A stretch of 64,000 bases of DNA. Source: Eledone cirrhosa (Eukaryota). Position numbers and translations under genes: made by a program. Under the pieces are notes generated by a model. That model made no database searches. It saw nothing but the letters and a program-made list of their open reading frames with translations, and had not been told where the DNA came from. This document shows positions 1 to 13,840 of this stretch, in pieces (within the stretch, counting starts at the first letter, position 1; the number at the start of each line of letters is the position of its first letter). The DNA lies in contig OZ024751.1 of NCBI GenBank assembly GCA_964016885.1, forward strand, positions 23,560,001-23,624,000, read 5' to 3'.

Positions 1-600
1 GTATTGACTTGTAGTATAAAGTGATTTCCAACCTCATGAAAGGAAAACGTCGAAGCGTATGAAAGACGCCATTTAAAGAAAAATATTTTCAATTTTATAG
101 GTCGGTTAATCTCGCGTGAAGTCTAGTAATTTATTTTCGTTTTCTTCAGAAACATGAAAATATCAAATTAGTTTCTTTTATATTGCAAATTTGTCTACGT
201 TCTCCATCATTTCTTTCTGTCTTGTTACAAAAATGAAATTGTTAATGACTAACCCTGAAGTCAAATTACTGAGTGATAAACAACGAAACAACATTCTGTG
301 GTCATAATAACGGAATAAAAAGAACACTAAACTTTAATGTTATGTATTCTATCAAAAGAGGAGAATTCAACTAAAGACAAAAAAAGAAAAAAAAAGAATT
401 AAAATGGCATCCATATATTTTATAGAGCCAACTTTGTGTATATTTTGTATATATTTGTAATGTTAAACTGAATAATAACATTTTTTTTTTTGAAAAAAAT
501 ATATACAGTCCAAACGTGTGTTTAACTGCAAACGTTGTTTTACATTTGTACTGTGACAAATATTTTTCTGTATTTCTATATTAGTTACTGCTTTTGATGT

Positions 601-1195
601 CAGTGCAATGGCAGAGTCGATAGAACGCCGGACAAGTGCTTAGCATTATTTGTTCCAGTATAGCTTTATGTCGCGGTATATGAACCAAGAAGAGACAACA
701 CTAAAATACGAATTTTGTAGACAGATCTTTATTCACGACTGATATCTTTTAGCCTTTAGTTTTACTAAACGCTAGTTGTAAACACCAGAGTTATTAGACG
801 CTAGAGTTGCTCCCCTTTTCTCCCGTTGCATTATGGGAATCACTGGTGCAGACAACAATTGTAACCTATTTGCTGCTGGTAGTATTTAATGTGAGTGTGT
901 TTAAGTCTACATGACAGAGCTATTTCGTATAATCTGCTGCTTGCTTACTTGCATAATCTACACCATTTCTTTATTTTCTGAGTTCAAATACTCTCGATGT
1001 AAATTTTACCTTTCATCCTTCAGTGGTCGATAAAATAAAATACTAGTAAAGTATTAGCACTTGGGTTGCTTTCCAGCATAGAGCTACAACCCATTACGGA
1101 TTGAGTTCAAATCCCGCCGAGGTTAACTTTGATAAAATAAAGTACCAGTAATGCACTGGGTGATTGCTGGCCTTGTGCCAAAAGTATAAATCATT
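601..1195 (+). mobile_element. Degenerate tRNA-derived SINE fragments (first copy split by an LTR-like insert)
   Basis: A-box-like TGGCAGAGTCG at ~609. B-box GAGTTCAAAT at ~980 and ~1103, followed by CTTTCATCCTT..GTCGATAAAATAAA core shared with the main SINE family. Confidence 0.6.
669..962 (-). mobile_element. Possible solo LTR (Gypsy-like)
   Basis: On the minus strand it reads TGTAG...CCGCGACA with AATAAA ~60 nt before the end, and it interrupts a SINE. No clear TSD seen. Confidence 0.35.
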
Positions 1196-1440
1196 ATATT
1201 AGTTATTTTTTTAGTGTTTCATATTTTTGTTATTGTCGAATATTTCACTGGTAGACATAATATGTTGTTTAAAGTAAAGTAACAAATCTGTCGCTCTCCA
1301 ACTTCCGTAGACAACAGTAATTATATCTTATCCGATTCAAATGGCGTATATATATACAGCTAGCACTCACAAACTGACATACTCACGCATGCGTGCGCAC
1401 AGATGTGCACACACACGCAGACGTACACAAATCTATTTAA

Positions 1441-1605
1441 CGGCAGTATCGGTAGAGGGTTGGACGCCATGCTTTGAAGCATAGAGTTACCTCCTTGTAT
1501 GATCTGAGTTCAAATCCCGCCGAGGTTAACTTTGCCTTTCATCCTTACGGGGTCGATAATGAACTGGGTAATTGCTGGCCTTGTGCCAAAAGTAGAAACA
1601 ATTAT
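1441..1605 (+). mobile_element. tRNA-derived SINE (main family)
   Basis: GGCAGTATCGGTAGAGGG (A box), GAGTTCAAATCCC (B box), CTTTCATCCTTACGGGGTCGATAA central domain (resembles Meta/MESC-type domain), 3' GCTGGCCTTGTGCCAAAAGTAGAAACAAT. Confidence 0.85.
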
Positions 1606-1617
1606 CTATCATATCTA

Positions 1618-1621
<4 letters not shown>

Positions 1622-1691
<70 letters not shown>

Positions 1692-1810
1692 TCTCTCTCA
1701 CACATACATTCATACATACATACATGATGGCTGCCCCCTCGTTATCGAGTATGGCCATTGCACGAGAATAAAAAAAAAAATAATTAAAAAAAATAATAAT
1801 AAAAAAAAAG

Positions 1811-1855
<45 letters not shown>

Positions 1856-2220
1856 CATACATATATACATACACACATACATACACATACACACACACAT
1901 ATACACACATACATTAATAACAATAATAATAATAATAATAATAATAATAGCAATAATAATAATAACGACAACAACAATAATAATATACATATTCATATAT
2001 ATATACACACACGCGCACATACATACATACATACATGCATACATATATATATATATACAAATAATAAACTAACCAAGTAATACAGTACAATGAAGAAATA
2101 TATCAATTTAACGCTTGACACACACACACACATATATATATTCAGAGAGGAATTTATATATATAAATATATAAGAGAGTAAGAGAAAGATATATATATGT
2201 ATATATATATATAGAGAGAG
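1622..2220. repeat. Compound microsatellite (CT)n/(TA)n/(CA)n/(AAT)n
   Basis: Direct inspection. Confidence 0.95.
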
Positions 2221-3794
2221 AAATAAGTAGATAGCTATTTGACCATTTGACCATTAAGCATGTATCTCGAAAACGTGTTAAGTGTTGTTTGACATAATAT
2301 AAAACCGTTATACATTTTCCGTTGATAATTCTCTTCCCTTATTTGTACGTTTCTCACATTCTAATCAACAATTCTAATCTTGAGTGATACAAGACGCCAA
2401 ATCTGAAGATTTTGCTAATTTTCATTCATAGTCGAATCCGATTAATTTTATTATTTCATTCTGGCTACTAACATTCTGAATGTTTTAAAATTGCTTCGCT
2501 CCGATAGGTCATTATTCACAACAACAACAAAAAAAAAAACAGAAAAAAAACAAAAACACAACTACAACTAAAAAACAGAAAAAAAAAACAAAAAAAAAAC
2601 AAAAACAAAACAGAAATATATTAATAACCTATTAGAGATCAACATTTATTTGGACCAGCCTGGTACATCCGTCAAAAGAGACACATATTTGAAAAGAACA
2701 GCTGTATCGATTTGCTACGTGCGAATCTTACATGTGAAATATCAAATTCTTATAGGTGTATAAATATATAGTCAATGATAATTTCTGCTTTGCCGAACGC
2801 TCAAAGCTAGATGTTACAATGATAAAAAATTAAGCTCATAGAAATATTTCAATCCTATCGAAATTCAACTATCAATATTTTTATTTGCCTTTACTTACGT
2901 GTTCCTCGCAAAATGGAGCTATTGTTTTGCAATATATTTTCGAGAAGGTCTGATAACTATGGCGAAAATGTCTTATTGGTTAACATAAACTGATCTCATA
3001 ATATAATATTTCTATCTTTAGTTAAATTTGATATTAATAAAATGTTAATTGAACTGAATTTTTGGTTTCTTTCCTTCATATTTGATCACTGGATAGAACT
3101 AGCATTGATTTCATCTAAGATTCTAGATTTAAAGCAGAGCAAAATACGGACAGAGAATGGACGTAATCTGAACTCATCAATAATTCAACAAACGGTTTCA
3201 ATTCTCGATGGATAATTATTAGTATCGCAACTGTGTGGAAATAATTGTACAAATGTCACTTTGTAATTATCATATTAATAATTATTTGGAACTGATAAGA
3301 AAATTTGACAAAAACTGAACATCAATCCAAAATCTGATATGACAAAGAAGAATTACAGAAAATTCAGAGAACCAAACCAATGATTTAAACAAAAATAAAC
3401 TACTAGCTGCTATTTCATATCATATGCATTTCACTAAATGTCAATCGCCATGTTATTAATGGAGTCTTGTTCTGCTTATAAAAATCGGATATTTTCTTAA
3501 TTTCCCTCGGGGTTTTAATCTTTAATCCGATCATTTGTTTTGATTATTCTGTAAAAATATAAAAGATACGAAGGAATGTTAGAATGTAGTATTTTATTTA
3601 TTCATTCATTTATTTATTTATTTTTATTCTAGAATTACATTGTTAATTAAATTATATTTGGTTTATTTATGAGGAGAGTTTACCTTAAATATTTAATTAA
3701 TTCAGATAGGCTATGGTGTACATTTCCGCTTGAATATAGCCAAAGAAGGAGGAATACTTGTGGATTATTTTAAATGATGGATAGTGAGATTTTA

Positions 3795-4120
3795 CGGGCA
3801 ATATCAATCGGCAAGAAACCTAGGGGTAGACCCCGAGCAAGATGGTTGGATAACATCTATGAGCTTGGCTGGTCTCACTTGAAGATGCAGTCGTATCAGT
3901 TGGAGACGGTTACTTCTGACAGAACCCTCTAGAAGGAGTGTTTGAGGACTCTGTCCCCACGACCCTCTCAGTAATAAGTGGGCGAAGAAGAAGAAGAAGA
4001 CGAAGAAGAAAAAGAAGAAAAAGAAGAAAAAGAAGAAAAAGAAGAAAAAGAAGAAAAAGAAGAAAAAGAAGAAAAAGAAGAAAAAGAAGAAAAAGAAAAA
4101 GAAGAATGAGGAGGAGGAGG
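3795..4120 (+). mobile_element. RTE-clade LINE 3' fragment with (GAA)/(GAAAAAGAA)n tail
   Basis: Translates GKKPRGRPRARWLDNIYELGWSHLKMQSYQLETVTSDRTL*KECLRTLSPRP, typical of the RTE ORF C-terminus. Homologous to 45660-45910 and 46290-46410. Confidence 0.75.
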
Positions 4121-4510
4121 AGAATAGTGAGAGTCGTGAGAATGCAGGAAATTCTCCACAAGTTGACAAATCTTGACAAGTTGACAAAGGAGGGGTACAA
4201 AGCCTTTTAAATGCCTTCGTAGGAAATAATTTTGTTATTGAAATCCTGCAATCTAAGCTAAGAGTTTGAATCGAAAAGACCTCTAAAAGCGAAATAGTGT
4301 ATATGCATTTCATGTTGCAATTGTGTGTCAGTATTGGAAATGGATGGATATGTTATAACATAATTTAAAAAATAATGATCAAATGATGTAAGACCGATCT
4401 GTATTCATGTATTTAATGTTTTTATATTTAGAGGTATTTGTAAAACGTGTAGTATTATTGATAGAGATATTTCGCAAACAATGTCTCAATCTAGACGCAC
4501 ATACATAATA

Positions 4511-4624
<114 letters not shown>

Positions 4625-4730
4625 GTAGAACACTGGTGGATTATATCCGTAATAGTAAAGCACTCAGATGAGGATTCGAATAAGGTGAAACATATGTTCT
4701 CGGTATGTTGAACTAACTGTTGTGGAACTT

Positions 4731-4792
<62 letters not shown>

Positions 4793-6625
4793 ACTCTTTG
4801 TTTAATGAGGGCTATTATGTAACTAAAGTATATTTTATTAGCGCCTTGTGCTAACCTATATCGCTCGTTGCATAAGGCTGACGTTCGTATTCCATACAGA
4901 AGTATGTACCAACAGCGTGTTGCTGGGGGAAGCTCTAGAATTAACCACTATAACACGAAGACACACAATTTATTTATTTTATAGGCGCATGAATTGGTGA
5001 TAAATAATCTTGTTTAAACCTAACGTCTCTTCTCGTTATTTATAACATTATTTCTCGTCTAACTTAGCTACATGTTACCCCTCACACAAGAAATATGTAG
5101 ATCTCTTAGTAGCAGGATTTTATTTGCTACTGATGTAATGGGATTTAGTAATTACCTCCCTTGGTGCAGCTTGGCAGCAATCATTTGAAGTAATCTACAT
5201 TGTTTGTTGAAATGTTCGCTTTAGAGTAAGGAACGAAGTTAACCACAACACGGTAGAACTGGCTACGATCAGATCAGATCAGATGAAACTGCCTATACCA
5301 TTTGAACTTGACTCAGCCTTTATCCTGCGGAAGTTCCACCAATCCAACATATACTGAAGAGAGTGGGGATATCTTGTGCGACAAACTTCGGACACTCATG
5401 AACACCTGATTAACTAGCTATGATTGATATACTTTAATGTCGCTTCCCAGCCGCACAACAGTGCTTGGTTGAACGCTATTGAGTGGTAGACAGTAGACGA
5501 CAGCAAAAGACAGGAGTTCTTCACAACCTTACTTTACTAAGTCTTTAATCCGAGATGCGATCTGCAATGGCATCTTTTAAAAGCGACAATCTTGTGAAGT
5601 GAATGTTAGACTTAGGTATGTATCATCTGACAGGTTTATGATTGCAAGCTAACCAAATACTGGCTTCTACTTAATAGGATTCACGGCGGATCTGCAACCG
5701 TAAAAACGCCTCCCATTCTGATCCGTCGAACCAGTTCTCCCTTCAGTTCAATCGAAATAGATATATCCATCCACAAGAACGAGCAACGGAAGTGGAATGG
5801 ATCTGTATCATCCATCAGGCTAACGCATTTGCAATGTTGTCTTCCGGATCAATGAAACATTTGCAGGGAACACCATGGTTTTACTTTTTCAATTGTGATT
5901 ATCACATGAAACCAATAAAATATTTGGATTATATCAACATATTCTACTGATTTCACACATCTAGGAACACACATTGGGGATCTTTACGCAACTTCTATAG
6001 TAAACACATTCTTCAGAAAAGCAGTCAAGTCACAGCAACCTTCAAAATAAAAGATGGACGAATCTTACAAACTTCAGTTGACTTTAACATTTACAACACT
6101 TACTCCTCACTAATATAAACATAACAAATGAATAAATAATAATAAAACAAAAAACGAAACAGCATGTTGTTGATAGATATTTCTATATACATCATGTGAC
6201 ATCAAATAATACAAAATAGAGAAGAAATAAACCAATAATATGAACGAAACTTTTAAAATATTTTACACACTATCCGGTTATTTAATCTATCAATTACGCC
6301 GTGAAAGGTTTCATCTTATCAATGAAAGTCATGACAATATAATCTAGTTATTAACTCCATTGGCGAAAACGAGTTTCAAATTTTATTTTGCATTTTATAG
6401 TAATCATTATGATATTGCATGTGATCACTAGTAAAATGTTTGTTAGCTTTTACAGCAACATTACTTTAACGAAAGAAATATATACATTTTTATAGAGATT
6501 ACATTACATTACTATTTGTATCGTGTATAATGTAATTTCTGTTGTTCAATTATTGTCAACAGTACACTACTGAGTGAATATTTCTCCATCCCTCTCTTCT
6601 GTCTCTCTTTCTCTCTCTCTCTATA

Positions 6626-6677
<52 letters not shown>

Positions 6678-6740
6678 TAAATCAACATATTAAAACTGCA
6701 CTATTCACAAGTGTTTTTTAACCTTCATATCATGTCTTCC

Positions 6741-6811
6741 TATTTTATCTGATGAAAACACAAATGTTATTGCATGATGATATTTGTTTTTGAAATGCGC
6801 ATAATAAAATA
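6741..6811 (+). ncRNA. Minimal type-I hammerhead ribozyme (family A)
   Basis: TATTTTAT-CTGATGA-long stem II-GAAA-TGCGCA-TA-ATAAAATA. Stem I is TATTTTAT/ATAAAATA, stem III is palindromic, cleavage triplet AUA. Confidence 0.8.
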
Positions 6812-6841
6812 CATGGAACTCTTTTAACCACCTTTTGATCT

Positions 6842-6881
<40 letters not shown>

Positions 6882-6911
6882 AGATCAAAAGGTGGTTAAA
6901 AGAGTTCCATG

Positions 6912-6982
6912 TATTTTATTATGCGCATTTCAAAAACAAATATCATCATGCAATAACATTTGTGTTTTCATCAGATAAAATA
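6912..6982 (-). ncRNA. Minimal type-I hammerhead ribozyme (family A)
   Basis: Reverse complement of the 6741-6811 motif. Confidence 0.8.
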
Positions 6983-7093
6983 GGAAGACATGATATGAAG
7001 GTTAAAAAACACTTGTGAATAGTGCAGTTTTAATATGTTGATTTAAAACTGCACTATTCACAAGTGTTTTTTAACCTCCATATCATGTATTCC

Positions 7094-7164
7094 TATTTTA
7101 TCTGATGAAAACACAAATGTTATTGCATGATGATATTTGTTTTTGAAATGCGCATAATAAAATA
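7094..7164 (+). ncRNA. Minimal type-I hammerhead ribozyme (family A)
   Basis: Same motif as 6741-6811. Confidence 0.8.
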
Positions 7165-7287
7165 CATGGAACTCTTTTAACCATCTTTTGATCTTATATA
7201 TTATGTATACTCCAGTCCTACAAACTGTAGAGTGCTTCTTATCCGATATCTGCATTGCTTTATTGTACTACAATAAAACTCACCTCC

Positions 7288-7342
<55 letters not shown>

Positions 7343-7495
7343 ATAAATGCTCTGAAATAGCGATATATATGTGAATATAGACATAGAATATTCGAAAATA
7401 TTCTGTATGTTTATAATAAACATTTTGAAGACCTAATCGCTATAGAATAGAATACGTCACGTATTACAATTAGATTCTCGATAAAAGCAAGGGAA

Positions 7496-8158
7496 GTAAT
7501 CTACGCGTTTCATTCTCGTAAGAAATCATCAGGACTACATATCCAGTGCTTTTATCGAGAATGACACAGCTAGAGACTTATAGAATACTTAGCTGTGTAC
7601 AGGAACTGGTTTGAAAGAGCGGTTGCCGGTCCGGCAGAAATTAGAAATTGGAATAAATGCTCTGAAATAGCGATATATATGTGAATATAGACATAGAATA
7701 TTCGAAAATATTCTGTATGTTTATAATAAACATTTTGAAGACCTAATCGCTATAGAATAGAATACGTCACGTATTACAATTAGATTCTCGATAAAAGCAA
7801 GGGAAGTAATCTACGCGTTTCATTCTCGTAAGAAATCATCAGGACTACATATCCAGTGCTTTTATCGAGAATGACACAGCTAGAGACTTATAGAATACTT
7901 AGCTGTGTACAGGAACTGGTTTGAAAGAGCGGTTGCCGGTCCGGCAGAAATTAGAAATTGGAATAAATGCTCTGAAATAGCGATATATATGTGAATATAG
8001 ACATAGAATATTCGAAAATATTCTGTATGTTTATAATAAACATTTTGAAGACCTAATCGCTATAGAATAGAATACGTCACGTATTACAATTAGATTCTCG
8101 ATAAAAGCAAGGGAAGTAATCTACGCGTTTCATTCTCGTAAGAAATCATCAGTACTAC
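7496..8158 (-). ncRNA. Three hammerhead ribozymes (7496-7538, 7806-7848, 8116-8158)
   Basis: Minus strand reads GTAGTC-CTGATGA-TTTCT TACG AGAAT-GAAAC GC GTA-GATTAC. The third copy has a stem I substitution. Confidence 0.85.
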
Positions 8159-8490
8159 ATATCCAGTGCTTTTATCGAGAATGACACAGCTAGAGACTTA
8201 TAGAATACTTAGCTGTGTACAGGAACTGGTTTGAAAGAGCGGTTGCCGGTCCGGCAGAAATTAGAAATTGGAATAAATGCTCTGAAATAGCGATATATAT
8301 GTGAATATAGACATAGAATATTCGAAAATATTCTGTATCTATATTCACATATATATCGCTATTTCAGAGCATTTATTCCAATTTCTAATTTCTGCCGGAC
8401 CGGCAACCGCTCTTTCAAACCAGTTCCTGTACACAGCTAAGTATTCTATAAGTCTCTAGCTGTGTCATTCTCGATAAAAGCACTGGATAT

Positions 8491-9153
8491 GTAGTCCTGA
8501 TGATTTCTTACGAGAATGAAACGCGTAGATTACTTCCCTTGCTTTTATCGAGAATCTAATTGTAATACGTGACGTATTCTATTCTATAGCGATTAGGTCT
8601 TCAAAATGTTTATTATAAACATACAGAATATTTTCGAATATTCTATGTCTATATTCACATATATATCGCTATTTCAGAGCATTTATTCCAATTTCTAATT
8701 TCTGCCGGACCGGCAACCGCTCTTTCAAACCAGTTCCTGTACACAGCTAAGTATTCTATAAGTCTCTAGCTGTGTCATTCTCGATAAAAGCACTGGATAT
8801 GTAGTCCTGATGATTTCTTACGAGAATGAAACGCGTAGATTACTTCCCTTGCTTTTATCGAGAATCTAATTGTAATACGTGACGTATTCTATTCTATAGC
8901 GATTAGGTCTTCAAAATGTTTATTATAAACATACAGAATATTTTCGAATATTCTATGTCTATATTCACATATATATCGCTATTTCAGAGCATTTATTCCA
9001 ATTTCTAATTTCTGCCGGACCGGCAACCGCTCTTTCAAACCAGTTCCTGTACACAGCTAAGTATTCTATAAGTCTCTAGCTGTGTCATTCTCGATAAAAG
9101 CACTGGATATGTAGTCCTGATGATTTCTTACGAGAATGAAACGCGTAGATTAC
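8491..9153 (+). ncRNA. Three hammerhead ribozymes (8491-8533, 8801-8843, 9111-9153)
   Basis: GTAGTC CTGATGA TTTCTTACGAGAAT GAAACGCGTA GATTAC. Stem I extends via TCTCGATAAAAGCA/TGCTTTTATCGAGA across an internal loop. Confidence 0.87.
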
Positions 9154-9275
9154 TTCCCTTGCTTTTATCGAGAATCTAATTGTAATACGTGACGTATTCT
9201 ATTCTATAGCGATTAGGTCTTCAAAATGTTTATTATAAACATACAGAATATTTTCGAATATTCTATGTCTATATT

Positions 9276-9423
<148 letters not shown>

Positions 9424-9519
9424 CATGTATATATATGTATATATATGTATATATGTATATATATATATGTATATATATATATGTGTGTAAAGATATAGTG
9501 AGTAGTGGGTCATAAAAAT

Positions 9520-9950
9520 ATATAGCAACCATGTGGAATGTTAACAGCGACAAATCGGAAATGGTTACTAGATATCTGGTACAATAGGAATGTAAGAAGT
9601 GGAGCTTCATTTATAAGTGCACATCCGCATACATACGCATATTCTTAAAAAGAAGGGACCTATTTTATGTGTGTAGCAGCTGCAACGTTCCAGATATAAA
9701 AACAGTACAGTATGTGTGTAGTAATTTGATAGCATTATTAAGAAACATCTTTAGGAAGAAGGAGTAGGTATATTACCAGCGTAGGTGTAGGTTACACCAG
9801 TAAAATTGAGATGTCTTCCATTATAAATATGAAACTAGGTGTCATCTATCGAATCACATTTATAGAATTCACTCGTCATAAAATCTGTTGCCATATCTAT
9901 GGATTTTCGGCAAAGAAAATTAACTGACATTCCTGCCTTACAACTGAATA
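9520..9950 (-). pseudogene. Possible highly decayed chemotactile-receptor-like (Cys-loop) pseudogene fragment
   Basis: Collinear frameshifted motifs KSIDM..FYKCD, FYWCNLHLRW, SF*E and SYC, compared with KSVDI..LYNID, FYWEDELLRW, SFPE and TYC in the intact gene. Confidence 0.3.
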
Positions 9951-10667
9951 AACAAAAAAAAAATGCATTTTCTATTCATGAGCGTAGTATATAAGTTGAA
10001 GGAATGTAACTAAACAAAGAACAACATAAAAAATATCCCATAGTAACATATTGGAAGCATATTATATCTGTTCAATTTAAGATGGCATTACAAAAAATCA
10101 GGTTGACAAGCGAAAGGAAATACCAAACAGTTATATTGTGACAATAAAGGTAGTTTTTATAATGAAAGTAACGTATTTATGTCTGACAATGGAGAGCGAA
10201 TCAATAAAATAGTAATATAGTTTTGTAATGCAAACAAAAGAAACGCTAGTGAGGGATCTTGCATCGCCATATCAAGGTACGTTATCTTAGTGTTATATAT
10301 TCGGTCACCTTCTCTTTTTATGACTTACAATAAAATAGTATAAACACAAGCAGAGTGTTAAAATATTTAAACATACCAGTTTTGGAATAACTGCACTAGT
10401 GAGCAATACTATATAGGAAATTGCTATACATTTATTGCTCAACTAGAGAATGTAAAACCTGACAATTTTATATTCTCTTCCATTTTTCGTTCGCTTTACT
10501 TTGTTGTGTAACGCACGGTTAATAGATATCACATGCTGTTTTAGTGTTAGGTATTATATAAATGTTTGCTAGAGTTATTTTACAGTGTGTTTACTATATA
10601 ATAATCAAGCGTGTCTTTTCATATTGGAATGAACAGCGATATTTTATAAAATCAAACACTGTGACAA

Positions 10668-11240
10668 TGCCTTATAAAATAATTGTTTCTACATTTCACA
10701 CAAGGCCAGCAATTACCCAGTGCCTTATAAAATAATTGTTTCTACTTTTGGCACAAGGCCAGCAATTACCCAGTGCATTACTGGTACTTTATTTTATCGA
10801 CCCCGTAAGGATAAAAGGCAATGTTAACCTCGGCGGGATTTGAACTCAGACGATAAAGGACTGTAACTCTATGCTTGCAAAGCATGGTGTCCAACTCTCT
10901 ACCGATATAAAATAAAGGTTTCTGATTTAGACACAAGGCTAACAATTTTTTAGGAAAAGTAAAGTCGATTAAATTGACCCTTGCGCGTTACTGGTACTTT
11001 ATTTTATCGACCCAGAAAGGATGAAAGGCAAAGCTACCCTCAGCGGGATTCGAAATCAGAACATAAAGGGCCGTAACTATATGCCGTAAAGCATGTTGCT
11101 CCATACTCTACAGATATTGTCAATCCACTACCCTCAATGGTTTCTGATTTAGGCGTAAGGGCACCCATATTTGGGGAGGGGAAAGTCGATTAAATTGATT
11201 CCAGTACGTTACTGGGACGTGTTGGTATCGACCCCAGAAA
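10668..11240 (-). mobile_element. Cluster of three tRNA-derived SINE copies
   Basis: Reverse complement of SINE core and B box (GGATTTGAACTC, GGATTCGAAATC). Small duplication of the 3' tail at 10668-10775. Confidence 0.8.
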
Positions 11241-11349
11241 GGAGAACCCATGGACCTTTTCAGAATAGCAGAAAATAGTACTAGGAAGATATACGCATGT
11301 TAGAGAATGGTCCTGTCTTTTACAACAGTATAGTAGACTGTAGTTGCTT

Positions 11350-11635
11350 TTGAACCTCTGTCGGTTTTGAGTGGTCTAGTTGTCTGAACAATGAAACAAG
11401 CGGCACGTGAAATTAACGTGTACATGTCTAATCATTCCACAAACACGAGTACTCTTAACGTACCTCTCAGGATCACTCAGCATAACACAGAGTGTGACAA
11501 GGCTGGTCATATGGATTTAGAGCATAAGTTATTTTTACCAGCTCAGTGGACTGGAACAACGTGGAATAAAAACGTCTCTTTACTCAAGGATACACCGTGC
11601 AGCCCGAACCGATTATCGGAATCATGACCGTACAA
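11350..11635 (-). mobile_element. Second SINE family (CORE-like GTGTCCTTGAGCAAG motif)
   Basis: Minus strand GTGTATCCTTGAGTAAAG next to a degenerate tRNA-like head. Related to 16240-16355 and 36795-36900. Confidence 0.5.
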
Positions 11636-11867
11636 ATCAATATACAAGGAAGATCTTAAACACGAAAGCAAATTAGACTCAACTGAACATATTCGAGGTT
11701 AAACAGAATTCATGTGACGGATTAATTCTACAAATTCTGATATCTAAAGACAAACGACAATGTCTGTTATGTTACCAGACTCTCTGTCACCTGATGTTGA
11801 AATCAACTAAATGATTACTTAAATGTTGTGTTATTTGATAAAGTTTTCCCAAGTATTAGCGATAGAA

Positions 11868-11871
11868 ACAC

Positions 11872-11907
<36 letters not shown>

Positions 11908-12103
11908 ATACACACAAAGATACATACAGAGATACACACACACACACACAGATGCACACAGAGATACACACACACATACAAATGCACACTGATACACACA
12001 GAGATACATACAGAGATACACATACACACACAGACGCACACAGAGATACACACAGAGATACATACAGCGATACACACACACACACACTCACACACACATA
12101 TAT

Positions 12104-12137
<34 letters not shown>

Positions 12138-12153
12138 ATACACAGACACGCAT

Positions 12154-12186
<33 letters not shown>

Positions 12187-12339
12187 CAGATACATACACA
12201 GTTATACACACAGACACACACACACAGATGCACACAGAGATACACACAGAGATACACACAGCGATACACATACACCCCCTCATATATATATATATATACA
12301 CACATACATATACACACACATACACACACAGACACGCAT

Positions 12340-12377
<38 letters not shown>

Positions 12378-12500
12378 ACACAGATACATAAATAGTTATA
12401 CACACGGACACACACACACACACAGACACATATATATATACACACAGATACACACAGTGTTATACACTCACTCATATATAGTGTATATATATATATTCTC
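11868..12500. repeat. Degenerate (CA)n/(CAGAGATACA) compound repeat
   Basis: Direct inspection. Confidence 0.9.
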
Positions 12501-13051
12501 TTTCTCCCCCCCCCCTCTCTCTCTCTGGCGGTAAACCATTTGTTGTTACCCAGTCATATTTCTCAACCGTTGAAAATATTCCGAGGTATTAAAATATAAG
12601 ATTGAAAGTATTGCCAAGTATTAACTGTAATATAACATTTGTGAGGATGTATATTACTTATTAGTTTCTCTAAGAAGTTAATCCAATCCAATGCAAATAA
12701 AACATATTCTAATATCTTACATATATTAAGGTTGCGTGGACGAAAGCTTCTATAGAAATGTACAAACAACATGGAAATAAAGTAGAGTCAAGTAAATTTT
12801 GTCAATCACTCACAAGCTGAATCTGAAATGACAAGTTTATTTTACAAACAGACATTTTTCTTGCGAGATATATCAAAACCAATTAATTCTAAGACATTCG
12901 AGCCCACTATTCAACACTTATTTTTATTGGTAAAAATATATTTTTGTTTCGAATAAAACAGATAAAAGAATTCTATAAGCGCTAAAATATGTTCCTTGTA
13001 AACTAATGTTTTATAAGAGCGGAGAACCTGAAGCATTATATACGGTTTGAT

Positions 13052-13242
13052 CGCGGTGAATTGGCAGTATCGGTAGAGGGTTGGATGCCATGCTTTGATG
13101 CATAGAGTTACGGCCCTTTATGGTCTGAGTTCAAATCCCGCCTAGGTTAACTTTGCCGTTCATCCTTACGGGGTCGATAAAATAAAGTACCAGTAATGCA
13201 CTGGGTAATTGCTGGCCTTGTGCCAAAAGTAGAAACAATTAT
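13052..13242 (+). mobile_element. tRNA-derived SINE (main family), near full length
   Basis: A box, B box, central domain and tail all present. Confidence 0.88.
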
Positions 13243-13279
13243 ATACGGTTTGTTTTTATATATTTACATCATCAGGTGC

Positions 13280-13840
13280 TTTACTTGAACTTTCTATTGT
13301 GTTCAACTTTGCTTTTCATTCTTACTCTAGTAGAGGAATTTTAACTATTTCAGATTAACGATTTGTATAACATGTGTTCAAAGTCTCATCAATTAAATTT
13401 TATTTAAATTGTTGTTTTTTTAATAACGGATACTGAAATCCATTTCATTAATAAATGATATTTTTATCAAAAATGGCTTTATTTACAGATGATGATATAG
13501 ATAAAATTAGTAATGTTGAGGTAGAATTTCACATTGTTTAGGTACGTCATTCATATTTTGTAGAATTAAAACCAGTTAGATTCTGCTTCATTTATGTAGC
13601 CAGGTATTCTAATTGAATTTCCTATTGTGTTCAATTTTGGTTTCCATTCTTACCCTTGTAGATAAGATTAATTACAGTGAGGTAGAGTTTTGCGGCGTTT
13701 AGATACGTCGCCGACGCTGCTCTTATTTTATAGTTGAATTAAAACCAGTTAGATTCGCCTTCATTTACGTAGTCAGCTTTTCTACTTCTACTTGAAATTC
13801 CTATTGTGTTCAACTTTGCTTTCCATTCTTACCCTTGAAA
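13280..13840. repeat. Diverged local duplications (~170-bp unit)
   Basis: CTATTGTGTTCAA(C/T)TTTG..TTCATTCTTAC-like motif at ~13293, ~13622 and ~13801. GAATTAAAACCAGTTAGATTC at 13563 and 13736. Confidence 0.65.

Larger units (their letters stand above)
6676..7292. mobile_element. Non-autonomous Penelope-like/hammerhead element family A, three segments in +/-/+ orientation
   Basis: Near-identical segments in alternating orientation, bounded by (TA)n. Homologous to 34416-34740 and 42095-42425. Confidence 0.75.

Noticed and set aside
2630-3100. Possible CR pseudogene on + (FEKNSC ... NIF ... GENVLL at similar spacing)
   Set aside because: Too few identities, no hydrophobic M1 and several stops; could be chance. 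Needs an HMM test.
5200-5720. Possible decayed LINE RT fragment (minus)
   Set aside because: Only vague motifs (YLSLTF); unsupported without a search.
13052-13140. tRNA genes
   Set aside because: A/B boxes belong to SINE heads and there is no cloverleaf.
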